Origin: Propionibacteriaceae bacterium
GTDB taxonomy: Bacteria > Actinomycetota > Actinomycetes > Propionibacteriales > Propionibacteriaceae
Length of the DNA stretch: 32,000 nucleotides
Assembly: GCA_031256725.1 (NCBI GenBank)
Contig: JAIRQE010000015.1
Coordinates: 1-32,000 of the forward strand
Direction: 5' to 3'
The position numbers were made by a program, and so were the translations under genes. Shown piece after piece: positions 31,721 through 32,000 of this stretch; position 1 is the stretch's first letter; each line of letters starts with the position of its first letter. The notes under the pieces were generated by a model, which saw nothing but the letters and a program-made list of their open reading frames with translations, ran no database searches and was not told the DNA's origin.

Positions 31721-31748
31721 ACTATTGACCAACACCTGGAGGTGAATG

Positions 31749-32000
31749 ATGGTACAAGAAGTAGTCGTCGTCTCGGGAGGACTCTCCCATGAACGAGAAA
31801 TCTCATTGGAGTCTGGGCTGCGGGTAGCCAAAGAGCTGACCCACGCTGGGTTTGAGGTCACTCGCTCGGATATTCAGCCCTCGTTGATTGAATTGCTCAC
31901 CACGATGGATTCCCCTGTGGTCTTCCCAATGCTGCACGGCGGTGCTGGGGAGGATGGTGCTGTTCGTGAAGTCCTGGAGTTGATTGGTGTACCTTATGTG
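31749..32000 (+). CDS. ddl: D-alanine--D-alanine ligase, 5' part (runs off the window)
   Basis: MVQEVVVVSGGLSHEREISLESGLRVAKEL...VVFPMLHGGAGEDGAVREVLELIGVPYV is the conserved Ddl N-terminal domain. GGAGG lies 6 nt upstream. A tandem ATG at 31746 is also possible. Confidence 0.85.
   Translation, partial: MVQEVVVVSGGLSHEREISLESGLRVAKELTHAGFEVTRSDIQPSLIELLTTMDSPVVFPMLHGGAGEDGAVREVLELIGVPYV

Noticed and set aside
31524-31745. 73-aa ORF filling the aminotransferase-ddl spacer
   Set aside because: Its sequence is dictated by the DNA repeats (CQGDECQGD, MRFTP/ERFTP, GDTSPDT). It overlaps the aminotransferase stop and has no RBS.
1-32000. Search for CRISPR arrays, rRNA, tRNA and intact transposase or integrase genes
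   Set aside because: I saw no regularly spaced direct repeats with unique spacers, no tRNA-like cloverleaf signatures in the intergenic regions, and no ORF with recombinase or transposase motifs. The island at 1266-4428 therefore has no visible mobility gene.

Overview
By gene content this looks like a moderate-GC actinobacterial chromosome segment (Actinomycetaceae- or Bifidobacteriaceae-like); that assignment is an inference. It has three parts.

(1) Positions 1-4772 are a decayed accessory mosaic of conflict-system genes.
- The 3' end of a polymorphic toxin with a pretoxin-HINT domain, whose tip appears frameshifted.
- A small candidate immunity gene.
- An orphan colicin-DNase-type HNH toxin-tip fragment.
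- An inverted second copy of the HINT end, fused in frame to a very GC-rich ArdC-like antirestriction fragment.
- A C5-cytosine methyltransferase overlapping a PD-(D/E)XK-like endonuclease candidate.
- About 600 bp of gene debris and a racemase-fold gene remnant.

(2) Positions 4793-16512 are entirely minus-strand.
- glgP.
- A nine-gene actinobacterial Tad/Flp pilus operon: tadG-like, cpaB/SAF, tadZ, tadA, tadB, tadC, flp and two tadE-like pseudopilin genes. No prepilin peptidase is present.
- Directly upstream and co-oriented, a pair overlapping by 8 nt: a GrpE-like protein with long acidic repeat tails, and a lidless Hsp70.

(3) Positions 16789-32000 are mostly housekeeping genes: short YhgE/Pip, HAD-IIA hydrolase, YghZ-like aldo-keto reductase, CaCA antiporter, orphan sugar-binding lipoprotein, DUF1015, AMMECR1, recQ, an internalin-like LRR surface protein, trxB-trxA, an aminotransferase and the start of ddl.

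The items I rank highest for follow-up:
- A dispersed repeat of about 115 bp with a conserved core and non-conserved but perfectly pairing outer stems. One copy sits inside the leader-coding region of a pseudopilin gene.
- The dedicated Hsp70/GrpE-like pair at the head of the Tad operon.
- The inverted HINT-end duplication around the toxin tips.
- The ArdC-HINT chimeric junction.

I saw no rRNA, tRNA or CRISPR array.
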